From assembly GCA_964016885.1 (NCBI GenBank), contig CAXHJY010001396.1:1-64000 (forward strand): a stretch of DNA of 64,000 nucleotides, read 5' to 3'. Below the pieces are notes generated by a model. The model was given only the letters and a program-made list of their open reading frames with translations. It did not search any database and was not told the DNA's origin. Shown here one piece after another: positions 39,258 to 51,400 of the stretch (within the stretch, counting starts at the first letter, position 1; every line of letters starts with the position of its first letter). The stretch comes from Eledone cirrhosa (lineage: Eukaryota). The translations under genes and the position numbers were made by a program.

Positions 39258-39484
39258 TTAACCTTTTAGCATTTACATTACTTTATATTTACTACTATAT
39301 TTTCATGGCAAAGCTTTACCTCACATAATTATCTCACATAATATGGAATCAATGAGATTTTGATATTATTTATTTTGAGAACAATACCTTAACATCAGTA
39401 TAAGTGGTCGGTTATACTCGGTTTAAACAAAAAGAGGTGAAAGAATTTTGCCGAATACGACCGGTTTAAATGCTAAAGTGTTAA
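39258..39484. mobile_element. TTAA-flanked piggyBac-type MITE
   Basis: ttaa-ccttttagcattta ... taaatgctaaagtg-ttaa. Confidence 0.7.
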
Positions 39485-39589
39485 GGAAACCAAAGGACAC
39501 TGATTAGTGGGATTTTACTGAAGATTCAAGATTCGTGTTTCAATTCAAGGAACGATACACAAAGGAGGATTTCATCGCAATACTGTGAG

Positions 39590-40111
39590 TCAGACGTTCT
39601 CAAAGTGGGCGCTACCGCCCCCTGCGAGCATTGAGAAGGTCCAGGGAGAGCTTAAGGGGGCTGGGGATCAGTAGAGATGATATAATAGTATATTAATATC
39701 AAATGATACATTATATATATAAACGATATATATATAAATATAGTAAAATAAGAAATATATATTTATCTATACATAGTATCTATTATTTTATTTATTATAC
39801 ATTATTTACGGCGGTGGTTTGGCAGTATAGGTAGAACCTCAGACACCATGCTTTTCAGCACAGAGTTAGAGCCCTTTACGTTCTGTGTTCAAATCTCGCC
39901 GAGGTTAACTTTGCCTTTCATCCTTATGGGGTCGATAAAATAAAGCACCAGTAATGCACTGGGTAATTGCTGGTCTTGTGCCAAAAGTAGAAACGTTATA
40001 TATTATTTACAATTTGCATGTAAGCAGGTCTCTCTGGAAATAGGGGTGGCGTGCTGAGGGTATTACGTGGCCGTGAGGTGGGCGGTGGTCAAAAACATTT
40101 GAGAAGCTCTG
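39590..40111. mobile_element. Decayed hAT-type MITE with a nested SINE-A
   Basis: cagacgttctcaaa / tttgagaagctctg termini; TSD not clean. Confidence 0.5.
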
Positions 40112-41175
40112 CTATAAGGTGAAGGTGCGTGGCTTTGTGGTTAGGATATTCGGCTCACAATCATAAGTTCATGAGTTTGATTCCCGGCGATATAAAGACA
40201 CTTTATTTCACGTAACTCCAGTCCATTCAGCTGGCAAAAATGAGTTGTAGCTGTAATTCGAAGGGTCAGCCTTGTCACATTCTGTGTCAAGCTGAATTTC
40301 TCTGAGAACTACGTTGAGGATACGCGTGTCTGTGGAATGCTCAGCCACTTACACGTTAATTTCACGAGCAAGCTGTTCCGTTGATCGTATCAACTTGAAC
40401 ACTCGCCGTCGTAAGCGACGGAATGCCAGTCGCTCTAAGGTACCGTATTTGCTGACCTATTGAGAAAAATTAATTTTAGTACATTTCTTCATAAATTCAT
40501 TTTAAATTAATTCATTGTGTTTTTTTTTTTTTGGGGGGGGGGGGGGGGTCAGAAACTCATGTAAATTCGACATCATTTTGCTTATATAAATTGTATTACT
40601 GTATTAGTAATACTAATAGTAATACAAACTAATTTGTTTTACCATGATTGTCCTCACTCTCCGTTCGGCCTCCCATCGATGATATGGGCGTATTAGACGC
40701 AGGGAAATTCTTTTTTTAATGTGTTTTTTTTCGGGGGGGGGGGCGTCAAATAGGCAGGCAAATATGGTAATACCTCCAATTGTTGTTGATGTTTATCTCG
40801 AGGTCAACCTTGATCGAGTAGATCAAACGCATTCTAATCGTGACCATCCAGTCAGCACATCGAAATATCGGGTTATTTTTAATCGGCAACTTTACAGGAG
40901 AGTACCCCACTAAAGACTCCCAATGACCAGATGGTGGTGTTAAATTGGGTGACGGATTAAGTATTCCACCCAAATTCAGTTATTTTCCGGGCTTCTGCAT
41001 AGTTTCCGACCACCTAATTTCACTTACTGCGTTTGTATCGACCCGAAGCTATAAAGCTGCAACACAACGCAGCGAGATCGAACCCAGAGCCTCGTTACTG
41101 TGAAGCTTAATTCTTCATAACACAGCACTAGGAACTGTTGTTATTTTTTGCTGCTACTGTTGCTGTTATAATTAC

Positions 41176-41290
41176 CTGCATCCACTAACGTTTTCTTCTC
41201 TTGGTTCCGACTTTCACCAACAAGATGTTTTGTTCCATCATCCACTGGTTCCAAGCTGTATTCGATATCGTCCAGGACCAGAGACCCTCT
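41176..41290 (-). CDS. ADAMTS-like prodomain exon (RGSLVLDDIEYSLEPVDDGTKHLV...)
   Basis: ctttag acceptor, gtaatt donor; G...YxxEP...HxV propeptide motif; 115 nt, phase 0->1. Confidence 0.85.
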
Positions 41291-42451
41291 CTAAAGCGAG
41301 AATTATTTTTTAATTATATCGAGCATATAAACAGGAATATTCAAACAACCTTTTCTTAATCTAGGGGTCTGAAACTCAAGGACTCAAAAGGGCCATTACG
41401 TCCTGGGGATGAGGCAGAGCGAGCCAAAAATGAGATGGGGGCATGATGTCCACCAGTTATAATGCTAATCTGCAATAGAGCTGATAAGCTGCTAATTCTA
41501 TTTTTTTTTTTTTTTGTCTCATCAAAAGTCGGAAATGGGAATTAGTACAAAATATTGGGGGACAAATTTTGATTTTACTTTGTGAAACTTCTCTTTTCTC
41601 CGTTTCACTTTTGATAAACTTCGTTTTTGGTTTGTTTTTTATTTGTTTTTTTTTAATATTTCATGGGTAAATTGCAAGAGTAGGGAAGGGGGCGAGGGAG
41701 AAATTACCAAGTTTTAGGAAAGTATTAGTCATGAAAATTGTTCTGCCACGGGCTATAGAAAAGTAGTTTTCTGGCTGCATGTTTGAGACGCGTCTCTTAA
41801 TGAGATATACATTCACAGTAGCATGCACACAAGTAATGTAAATGGACACTTCGTTGGTTTCGATGGTGAGTATTCTAGTCTTACCATTGAAGTATTATGT
41901 AATTGAATGCGTATTGAACAGACACCTGCAACCTTAATCTATATAATCGTCAGATACAATCAGCGTGACATGATAAATGCCAAGCATGGACCTTAAGATC
42001 ACAGACTCAATCCATCTCACAGATTTCCTCGCTGTTTCTCACTAGCCATATTCACTCACGAGACTATGATAGAAGATACTTGCCAAACGTACCACGCAGA
42101 AATTGAATCCGGTAAGAAATCTCCTAAGTTCTCAATAAACCACTTGGACACGCAGAGAGAGACAGGCCGACAAACACAGAGGTGGGGAGATTGTTATAAC
42201 TCACACACTCACAAATTGCCAACCCCGTGAGATTTATTCTATCCTCTGTTTGTTGGTTTATTCCAATATAGAAAGTTTATCTAGGTTAATAAAATATATC
42301 AAGTTGAGTTGTCCATTAAAAGCTCGTTTTATCCTTTCTCTACGTGATAGTGGATACAACAAACACATTCACACATTTAGTCATTCCTACACCTTTTTAA
42401 ACCACATATTTATATTCTTCCCTTTACCGCAATGTATTCCATCTCTCTCTA

Positions 42452-42511
<60 letters not shown>

Positions 42512-42606
42512 TTTTGAGTTTATGTTGGTTGTATACCAACACCTCAGTATGCAGGCTGGAGCACTCGACGAAGTGCGCAGGTTGGTTTGGTTACTCCGGA
42601 GTAGTG

Positions 42607-43041
42607 TAAAATAAAGTTAAATAAAAGTCAAATGATTAAAATTTAGCTTCGTTTATTACTGCTATATATATTTCAGTGACAGCCATCTTTGGCTGTGACC
42701 TCTTCAGGCAGTTTGAATTAGTATGGTATAGACAAGTACATATGTTGTTTAGGTGTATGATATTGTCAATACTCTGATATGCCCAGTTCCTTGTTGGGTT
42801 GTTAATTCACTGGGGAACTGGAGTCATATGACTCCAGTTCCCCAGTGAATTAACAACCCAACAAGGAACTGGGCATATCAGAGTATTGACAATATCATAC
42901 ACCTAAACAACATATGTACTTGTCTATACCATACTAATTCAAACTGCCTGAAGAGGTCACAGCCAAAGATGGCTGTCACTGAAATATATATAGCAGTAAT
43001 AAACGAAGCTAAATTTTAATCATTTGACTTTTATTTAACTT

Positions 43042-43048
<7 letters not shown>
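42607..43048. repeat. Perfect 442-bp spacerless palindrome
   Basis: Centre ggagtcat|atgactcc at 42827/42828; the arms match to taaaataaagttaaat / atttaactttatttta. Confidence 0.95.
42943..42997 (+). ncRNA. Type I hammerhead ribozyme (mirror copy at 42658-42712, - strand)
   Basis: actgc-CTGAAGA-g-gtcacagcca/tggctgtcac-t-GAAA-tatata-TA-gcagt. Confidence 0.82.
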
Positions 43049-43077
<29 letters not shown>

Positions 43078-43079
<2 letters not shown>

Positions 43080-43240
43080 TTGTCCCTCGGTATTCGCGGG
43101 TGTTACGTTCCTAGAGCATCCACGAAGAGAGAAAAACCGCGAATATTTGACGTGGTCCATAAAAATTCCTATAAACGTCAAAACATAACGTAAAATATAA
43201 GCCGGCAAATAGGAGTAGTAATTATTTATTTACAATGGTT
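43078..43240. mobile_element. One end of a Tc1/mariner-Tigger-like MITE
   Basis: ta|cagttgtccctcggtattcgcgg terminus; the matching end was not found. Confidence 0.45.
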
Positions 43241-46200
43241 TATAACTTTGCCTATTAATCCGTATGGTGAGCAAATGGGGTCCCACGTGCTGGCCTCCCC
43301 CACAGCCCCGGGGGACAGGATGGAGAAGGCGTTTCCCCGGAGGGTGGTAAGGGAATGCACTGGAACAGCCATTCCAGCTCGCGAGACTCATACCTGCGGC
43401 TGGCCAGCTCAGCGCCTATGGAGGTGAATAGGGAGGTAGCCCTAGGGCCAAGGACACCAGAAATTTCCACTGCCAAGGGCATGATCGAGAACCTGTCGGA
43501 GAGTGGCCGGTACTCAGAGAGTTTGGCCTCCTCAGCCCGACATGCAGCAGTACCTGGGTTAGTCGCAGACTGCACCAGGTTGCGGGTGGAGAAAGTGTCG
43601 CTGCAAGTGACATCCCAGACGAGGGGTTTGCCACTGCGGAACGGGAAGATGGTCATACCGTCTGGCCTTTTGCCAACCCCTCGGTCCGGCCCCACCGGCT
43701 CGAGCTGGAAGGGGAAACCTGCAGCGTTCAAACCATGCTTAATGACCTCGTTGAGGGCAGCGTGGCGTGGAAGGCGGCCGGCACTGTGGCGACAGGAAAG
43801 CGAGTGGAGTCTGAAAGAGTCCACGGTGGATCCACAGCGACATTTATGTGGTTCGCAGATCTGGAGTCCAAGCCTCAAGGAAACGCCGATGCGCAGGCTA
43901 TCGTTATCCAGCTGCGTGCCAGTGGAGAAGGATGGCAAAGCATGGAGCCAAGCACCACTGTAGAGTTTGGAGGCCGCACGAAAACAGGCAAGGCGGTGCT
44001 GGTCGAGCTGGTGCGTGAGCCTGTCTGAGGCCAGGCTGCACTGGATGGCATCCCATACGCTTTGGGAGGACTTGACGTCAGCAGGGGGAGAAGGAAGAGG
44101 GACGTCTACCGGGCTAAGTCACAGCCGGTCCCACGTCTTACAGGCGACCTCACGTTCCCTGAACACAGAGGGTTCTATTGTGTTTTGGAGAACCCTGCTG
44201 ACGAGGACGCGGCATGAGGTTACCTATGAAAGAAACGCCGGCAAAGCCAGCGAGACCGGAGGCCAAGACCACCAAATCTGACAGGTAAAGTGGCCTGTTA
44301 CCATCCAATGTCGTCAAACCGGACGTTGCATATCTCCTCAGGTGCCGCTCGGATACAAGTATCGAGGTCAGCGAGGAGGGATGCGTGGATGTAGCACGGA
44401 GCGCTGCGAAGGGTGTAGAGGAGCTTCGGCATGGCGAAGCAGTTCCTCAACACGAAGAGAGCTGGGTGGCCATCGATCAAGCCCAGTCGGCTCGTGAGGG
44501 TCTCGAATTGTTAGAGCCTAGACCTGATAGTGGAGCGGATGGCCGGCGAGTGGATCGGTGACCTGAGGATGAGGACATCCTCTTTGGAGGTCACCTGTAC
44601 CTGATGGAGAATGGACCGCACGTCCAAGACGGAAGCTGCAAAGCTCTGAGCATCATAGCTGACAATCACCACCTCCGACTTGGACGAGTTGACCTGGAGG
44701 CCGATTCCCGCCGGGGCAGGAACTACCGATTGAAGGTCATGGCAGACAGTCTCCACGGGCCCGCCCAGCGTAGCATCGTCCAGGTACCAAACGTTGAGAG
44801 GGGCCGTGATACTCCGGACAATGTGGTCTATACCAAGGGCAAACAGGAGGGAGCCCAGAGGGTCGCCCTGTTGGACCCCAGTGGCCGAAGGTATGACCGT
44901 GTCAGCAGCAAGGAGCATGTTCGGGACTCCATATGACAAGTAGGCCAGCAGGTAGGTGGAGGGGGCAGGCATTGAACAGATGATCCCGGCGTATGCAGTT
45001 AAAGAATTCCTCATATCAAGCTTGACAATGAGGTGGCTGGAGTCCTTGGATGCCGGTTCCGGTGGGCAGTTATTGAAGAACTGCCTGGTTGCATGTGCGG
45101 CCCCCTCACAACCACCGGACACGTCGACACCCAGTTGCACCGGACTGAACTCCTCACCCAGTTCAGGTGTTATGGACTAACCACCTTAGCAGCCAGCCTC
45201 CGGAAGACATTGCCCACAGCGATGGGGCGTATGCCACCCTCTTTCTTCATGAGAGCGGTCAGGCTAGCCGAAAAAAAGAGGCTCGGGCGTGAGGATCCAG
45301 GGCGCCATGGATAAGCCTATTGGTAAGTGCCACAATAGCACTCAGAAGGCGGCGCCTGACCTCAGCGGAGAGGGGGATAGCAACTCCTTAAGGTGGCCTG
45401 GTCGAAGACCATCAGCACCTCCGCTGCTGCTAGCTGGGAAGGACTTGATGGCAGACATGATGTCTGCGTCGTAAGCCACAAGGAGCATGTGGGGATTGGG
45501 TGGGGGTATGGGTAGGATGTCAGCGGGGGCTCAGGGTGCTTGAGTCGCAGGGCAGCCAGGACCTCCTCGGTGGGCTGGAGGACAGTATCCTCTGAGGCAA
45601 CCACTCTGACTGCGGCCTTGACATCACCCATGATAAGCTTAGCGCTGGCCTCAGGGGTGGAGGATTGGAGGCACCCAAGAGCAGGGGTTGTGGCGTCCTT
45701 CGGCACGCTTGGAGTGGGCGCTTGCCCAAAGGACGAAACATTGGCCTTGACAAAGGCTGCTGTCGACCGACCGCCTCAGTCAGCGCTAGAGCTGGGGAGG
45801 CCGAGGGCGAGTGGGGCGAAATAGAAGAGGCGTTCCCAGTCGCTGGCTCGATTGGAGTCCAGAGCACTCTCGATGGAGGAAGCGAGGGCATTGGCTACCG
45901 GCACCCGGGCTGCTCTCGGGATCCTGAGCGGAATCTTCCGGAGCCGCCTGAGCCGAGCGATGTTGAACAGCGAGGCTTGGGCATCAGGCAAGCTCGCTGT
46001 TTCATCTGGTGGAGTGCCAGACGGCCGTGGCTGGGCAGACGAGGGGAAGAGACAGTTTCTGCATCTCCACGCTGCGAGGGCACTGGAAGCTCGACGCATC
46101 AAGCCAACACAGGTAAGCTGGTGGAAGCAACCGCACCCCGAACAGTTACGGCCCCTCTTCCGTCTGTTCGTGGTACTGAAAGTGCTGCAGATGTCGACTG

Positions 46201-46270
46201 GTGGGGATGGAGGATGGGGCGTGGAGCAGGGAACTGGGGCACCAAGCGACATTAGGGGTGAGTGGCTGGT
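43240..46270 (-). mobile_element. Degenerate CRE-like non-LTR retrotransposon (RT plus restriction-like endonuclease)
   Basis: QLGV...GCE, GVQQGDPLG, WYLDDATLGG, CRCG...HSLSC, RH, RPDG...WDVT; N-terminal C..CxxC..HxxC...WxCxxC; GC-rich; many frameshifts. Confidence 0.85.
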
Positions 46271-46276
46271 TGTCAC

Positions 46277-46529
46277 CAGCCTAGGTGCTAGGCACAATTG
46301 CACGTGGGCGGAAGGGAAAGTGTTGGTATGACCGACCAAATAACAATGCTTCGGTTCCACTTTAAAATGCTGATTTTCCACGCCGTCCGAAACTGAGACA
46401 CTGGCACTTTTGTGTAATACCGGTTCTGGATGTTTTAGCTTTACCGTCAGTTCTAACTCGGCAAGAGGAATATGTAGAATTGTTTCCACATGATTTCCTT
46501 GTCTCTCTCGAATTCGGCTGATGTCCAAT
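46277..46529 (-). CDS. ADAMTS-like prodomain exon (LDISRIRE...KHCYLVGHTNTFPSAHVQLC...)
   Basis: Acceptor tttacag; the HCYxxGH...SAHVQLC pattern resembles the ADAM/ADAMTS propeptide. In-frame donor CTG|GTGACA is weak and abuts a CRE-like LINE, so the 3' end is uncertain. Confidence 0.7.
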
Positions 46530-46604
46530 CTGTAAAACAATGACACAAAATAGAAAGTGAAAATGCTATTATCAATGAAATGTGGAAATATGGTTATCAT
46601 TCGG

Positions 46605-47318
46605 TAATCATAAGAAGGGGGGAGATATAAAAGATAAACTAGCTATCTTCAATTCGGTATTTGCGCCAACCTTTATCTATGGTTATGAATCTTGGGTAAT
46701 GACCGAAAGAATACGATCGCAAATACAAGCGGCCGAAATGGGGTTCCTCCAAAGGGTTTCTGAAGTAACGTTACTCGATAGAGTGCGTAGTTCGGAGATC
46801 AGATAGTTACTCCAGGTAGAGCTGCAACTTCTCCGAATTGAGAGATCACAGATCCGATACTATTAGGTTCCGCCAGACTTAAAATGCCCAAGAAACGCCA
46901 ACTCTATCAGGAGTGATGGGACCATACATATATACGTATGCTGCTGCAACTCCTCCGAATTGAGAGATCACAGATCCGATGCTACAGACATGTGATTAGA
47001 ATGCCTCAGGAAAGAATCACTGGACATATTTTACGGGCAAAACCAAGCGGCAGGAGACCCAGGGGTAGACTCCGAGCAAGATGGATCGATAACATCCATG
47101 AGCTCAGCTTGTCTCGCTTAGGGATCCAACCGGATCAATTGGAGAAGGTTACTTCTGACAAGACCCGCTGGAAGGAGTAATTGAGACTCAGCTCCCACGA
47201 CCCTCTCAGGAAGAAGAAGAAGAAGAAGAAGAAGAAGAAGAAGAAGAAGAAGAAGAAGAAGAAGAAGAAGAAGAAGAAGAAGAAGAAGAAGAAGAAGAAG
47301 AAGAAGAAGAAGAAGAAG
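46605..47318 (+). mobile_element. 5'-truncated RTE-type LINE with an (AAG)n tail
   Basis: IYGYESW, QAAEMGFL, HVIRM...RPRGR..RW motifs; long (AAG)n at ~47209-47318. Confidence 0.88.
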
Positions 47319-48429
47319 ATGGCGGTGTGGAGGCTACTATGCATAATGTTGTGAGCTTTCAAGTGTTCAATCAATTGTAATAATATCAATAGTGAAAATA
47401 CCACAAATATGGTATTCATCCGATGGTTTCCTATCCTTATGTTGCCCAGTCCTTATGTTACTCGAAGCATGCTATGGTTATAATCTTTTTCAGAAAAAGC
47501 TAATTTTTTCTAGGAACTTTAAAATTCTTATTTTCAAATTGTTATTGTTAAACTTTAAATATTTGCATGGCCCAACACAAATTTTCAAATTATTAACACA
47601 ATAAATGATTAAATATGGCCAAAAATGACGGAGAAGCAAATCATTTCTAGCTTACTTATTTGGAGGCAATCATATTTGTTAATCTGACTAAATCCTTTAC
47701 ATGTTTGCCTTTATAATGATCGAGGAACTTAAGAAAATATAGAACTAGTTGATTCCTGTTGTTGTTGATGTTTTTAAATTATCCAGTTCTATGTTGTCCT
47801 GCTGTATAGGTGCATGATATGCTTTCTATGTGTATATACTGATAATGTCGCTATTGCTGTTGTTTAGCCTTAGATAGTTCCTGGCTAAGTAGACATATCA
47901 TTAAGCATTGAAGGAGTAGTGGTCTCGTCTTTTTCTGCTATGCAGTTTTATGTGTATATTATATGTTTGTATATATACGAATTGACAGAGTCACTAGAAC
48001 GTCGGATAGAATGCTTTATGGTATTCGTTCTGCCTCTCTCCTCTCTGAGTTCAAATCCTGTCGAGGTCAACTTTGCCTTTCATCCTTTCGTGGTCGATAA
48101 AAAAGTACCAGTCTAGTACTGAGGTCGATTCTGCTGTACTCAGGCCTGGAAAGAGATGGGTTCCGCCAGACTTAAAATGCCCAAGAAACGCCGACGCTAT
48201 TAGGAATTAGGGACCATACATATATACGTATGCAGCTGCAGCTGTTATTGTTGTTGACTTTCGTTCCTTAGTGATATGTAGGCCTTGACCACGTAGACCC
48301 ATCATCAAATGCATTCTAGACGTGACAATCACACTTTTCCCTAAAGATAGTTCACTTGAGGCCTCATTATCAAATGTATCCTTTTTTAAGACGGATGGAT
48401 ATGATTTGAATTCACTCTGTAGCAAATAT

Positions 48430-51400
48430 TCAAGCCAGGTCTCCAGTGTTTCAGGGATAACTCCCACTCTCTCTTCCTATCAAGCCAGGTCTCCAGAGTT
48501 TCAAGGATAACTCCCACCCTCTCTTCCTATCAAGCCAGGTCTCCAGTGTTTCAGGGATAACTCCCACCCTCTCTTCCTATCAAGCCAGGTCTCCAGTTTC
48601 AGGGATAACTCCCACCCTCTCTTCCTATCAAGCCAAGTCTCCAGTGTTTCAGGGATAACTCCCACCCTCTCTTCCTATCAAGCCAAGTCTCCAGTTTCAG
48701 GGATAACTCCCACCCTCTCTTCCTATCAAGCCAAGTCTCCAGAGTTTCAGGGATAACTCCCACCCTCTCTTCCTATCAAGCCAAGTCTCCAGTGTTTCAG
48801 GGATAACTCCCACCCTCTCTTCCTATCAAGCCAGGTCTCCAGTGTTTCAGGGATAACTCCCACCCTCTCTTCCTATCAAGCCAAGTCTCCAGTTTCAGGG
48901 ATAACTCCCACCCTCTCTTCCTATCAAGCCAAGTCTCCAGTGTTTCAGGGATAACTCCCACCCTCTCTTCCTATCAAGCCAAGTCTCCAGTGTTTCAGGG
49001 ATAACTCCCACCCTCTCTTCCTATCAAGCCAGGTCTCCAGTGTTTCAGGGATAACTCCAACCCTCTATTCCTATCAAGCCAGGTCTCCAGAGTTTCAGGG
49101 ATAACTCCCACCCTCTCTTCCTATCAAGCCAGGTCTCCAGTGTTTCAGGGATAACTCCCACCCTCTCTTCCTATCAAGCCAGGTCTCCAGTTTCAGGGAT
49201 AACTCCCACCCTCTCTTCCTATCAAGCCAGGTCTCCAGTTTCAGGGATAACTCCCACCCTCTCTTCCTATCAAGCCAGGTCTCCAGAGTTTCAGGGATAA
49301 CTCCCACCCTCTCTTCCTATCAAACCAGGTCTCCAGTTTCAGGGATAACTCCCACCCTCTCTTCCTATCAAACCAGGTCTCCAGTTTCAGGGATAACTCC
49401 CACCCTCTCTTCCTATCAAGCCAGGTCTCCAGAGTTTCAGGGATAACTCCCACCCTCTCTTCCTATCAAGCCAGGTCTCCAGTTTCAGGGATAACTCCCA
49501 CCCTCTCTTCCTATCAAGCCAGGTCTCCAGTTTCAGGGATAACTCCCACCCTCTCTTCCTATCAAGCCAGGTCTCCAGTGTTTCAGGGATAACTCCCACC
49601 CTCTCTTCCTATCAAGCCAGGTCTCCAGAGTTTCAGGGATAACTCCCACCCTCTCTTCCTATCAAGCCAGGTCTCCAGTTTCAGGGATAACTCCCACCCT
49701 CTCTTCCTATCAAGCCAGGTCTCCAGTGTTTCAGGGATAACTCCCACCCTCTCTTCCTATCAAGCCAGGTCTCCAGTGTTTCATGGATAACTCCCACCCT
49801 CTCTTCCTATCAAGCCAGGTCTCCAGTTTCAGGGATAACTCCCACCCTCTCTTCCTATCAAGCCAGGTCTCCAGTGTTTCAGGGATAACTCCCACCCTCT
49901 CTTCCTATCAAGCCAGGTCTCCAGTGTTTCATGGATAACTCCCACCCTCTCTTCCTATCAAGCCAGGTCTCCAGTTTCAGGGATAACTCCCACCCTCTCT
50001 TCCTATCAAGCCAAGTCTCCAGTGTTTCAGGGATAACTCCCACCCTCTCTTCCTATCAAGCCAAGTCTCCAGTGTTTCAGGGATAACTCCCACCCTCTCT
50101 TCCTATCAAGCCAGGTCTCCAGTGTTTCAGGGATAACTCCCACCCTCTCTTCCTATCAAGCCAGGTCTCCAGTTTCAAGGATAACTCTCACCCTCTCTTC
50201 CTATCAAGCCAGGTCTCCAGTGTTTCAGGGATAACTCCCACCCTCTCTTCCTATCAAGCCAGGTCTCCAGTGTTTCAGGGATAACTCCCACCCTCTCTTC
50301 CTATCAAGCCAGGTCTCCAGTTTCAGGGATAACTCCCACCCTCTCTTCCTATCAAGCCAGGTCTCCAGTTTCAGGGATAACTCCCACCCTCTCTTCCTAT
50401 CAAGCCAGGTCTCCAGAGTTTCAGGGATATCTCCCACTCTCTCTTCCTATCAAGCCAGGTCTCCAGAGTTTCAGGGATAACTCCCACCCTCTCTTCCTAT
50501 CAAGCCAGGTCTCCAGTGTTTCAGGGATAACTCCCACCCTCTCTTCCTATCAAGCCAGGTCTCCAGTTTCAGGGATAACTCCCACCCTCTCTTCCTATCA
50601 AGCCAGGTCTCCAGTGTTTCAGGGATAACTCCCACCCTCTCTTCCTATCAAGCCAGGTCTCCAGTTTCAGGGATAACTCCCACCCTCTCTTCCTATCAAG
50701 CCAGGTCTCCAGTTTCAGGGATAACTCCCACCCTCTCTTCCTATCAAGCCAGGTCTCCAGTTTCAGGGATAACTCCCACCCTCTCTTCCTATCAAGCGAG
50801 GTCTCCAGTGTTTCAGGAATAACTCCCACCCTCTCTTTCTATCAAGCCAGGTCTCCAGTGTTTCAGGGATAACTCCCACCCTCTCTTCCTATCAAACCAG
50901 GTCTCCAGTGTTTCAGGGATAACTCCCACCCTCTCTTCCTATCAAGCCAGGTCTCCAGAGTTTCAGGGATAACTCCCACCCTCTCTTTCTATCAAGCCAG
51001 GTCTCCAGTTTCAGGGATAACTCCCACCTTCTCTTCCTATCAAGCCAAGTCTCCAGTTTCAGGGATAACTCCCACCTTCTCTTCCTATCAAGCCAAGTCT
51101 CCAGTTTCAGGGATAACTCCCACCCTCTCTTCCTATCAAGCCAGGTCTCCAGTTTCAGGGATAACTCCCACCCTCTCTTCCTATCAAGCCAGGTCTCCAG
51201 AGTTTCAGGGATAACTCCCACCCTCTCTTCCTATCAAGCCAGGTCTCCAGTTTCAGGGATAACTCCCACTCTCTCTTCCTATCAAGCCAGGTCTCCAGTT
51301 TCAGGGATAACTCCCACCCTCTCTTCCTATCAAGCCAGGTCTCCAGTTTCAGGGATAACTCCCACCCTCTCTTCCTATCAAGCCAGGTCTCCAGTTTCAG

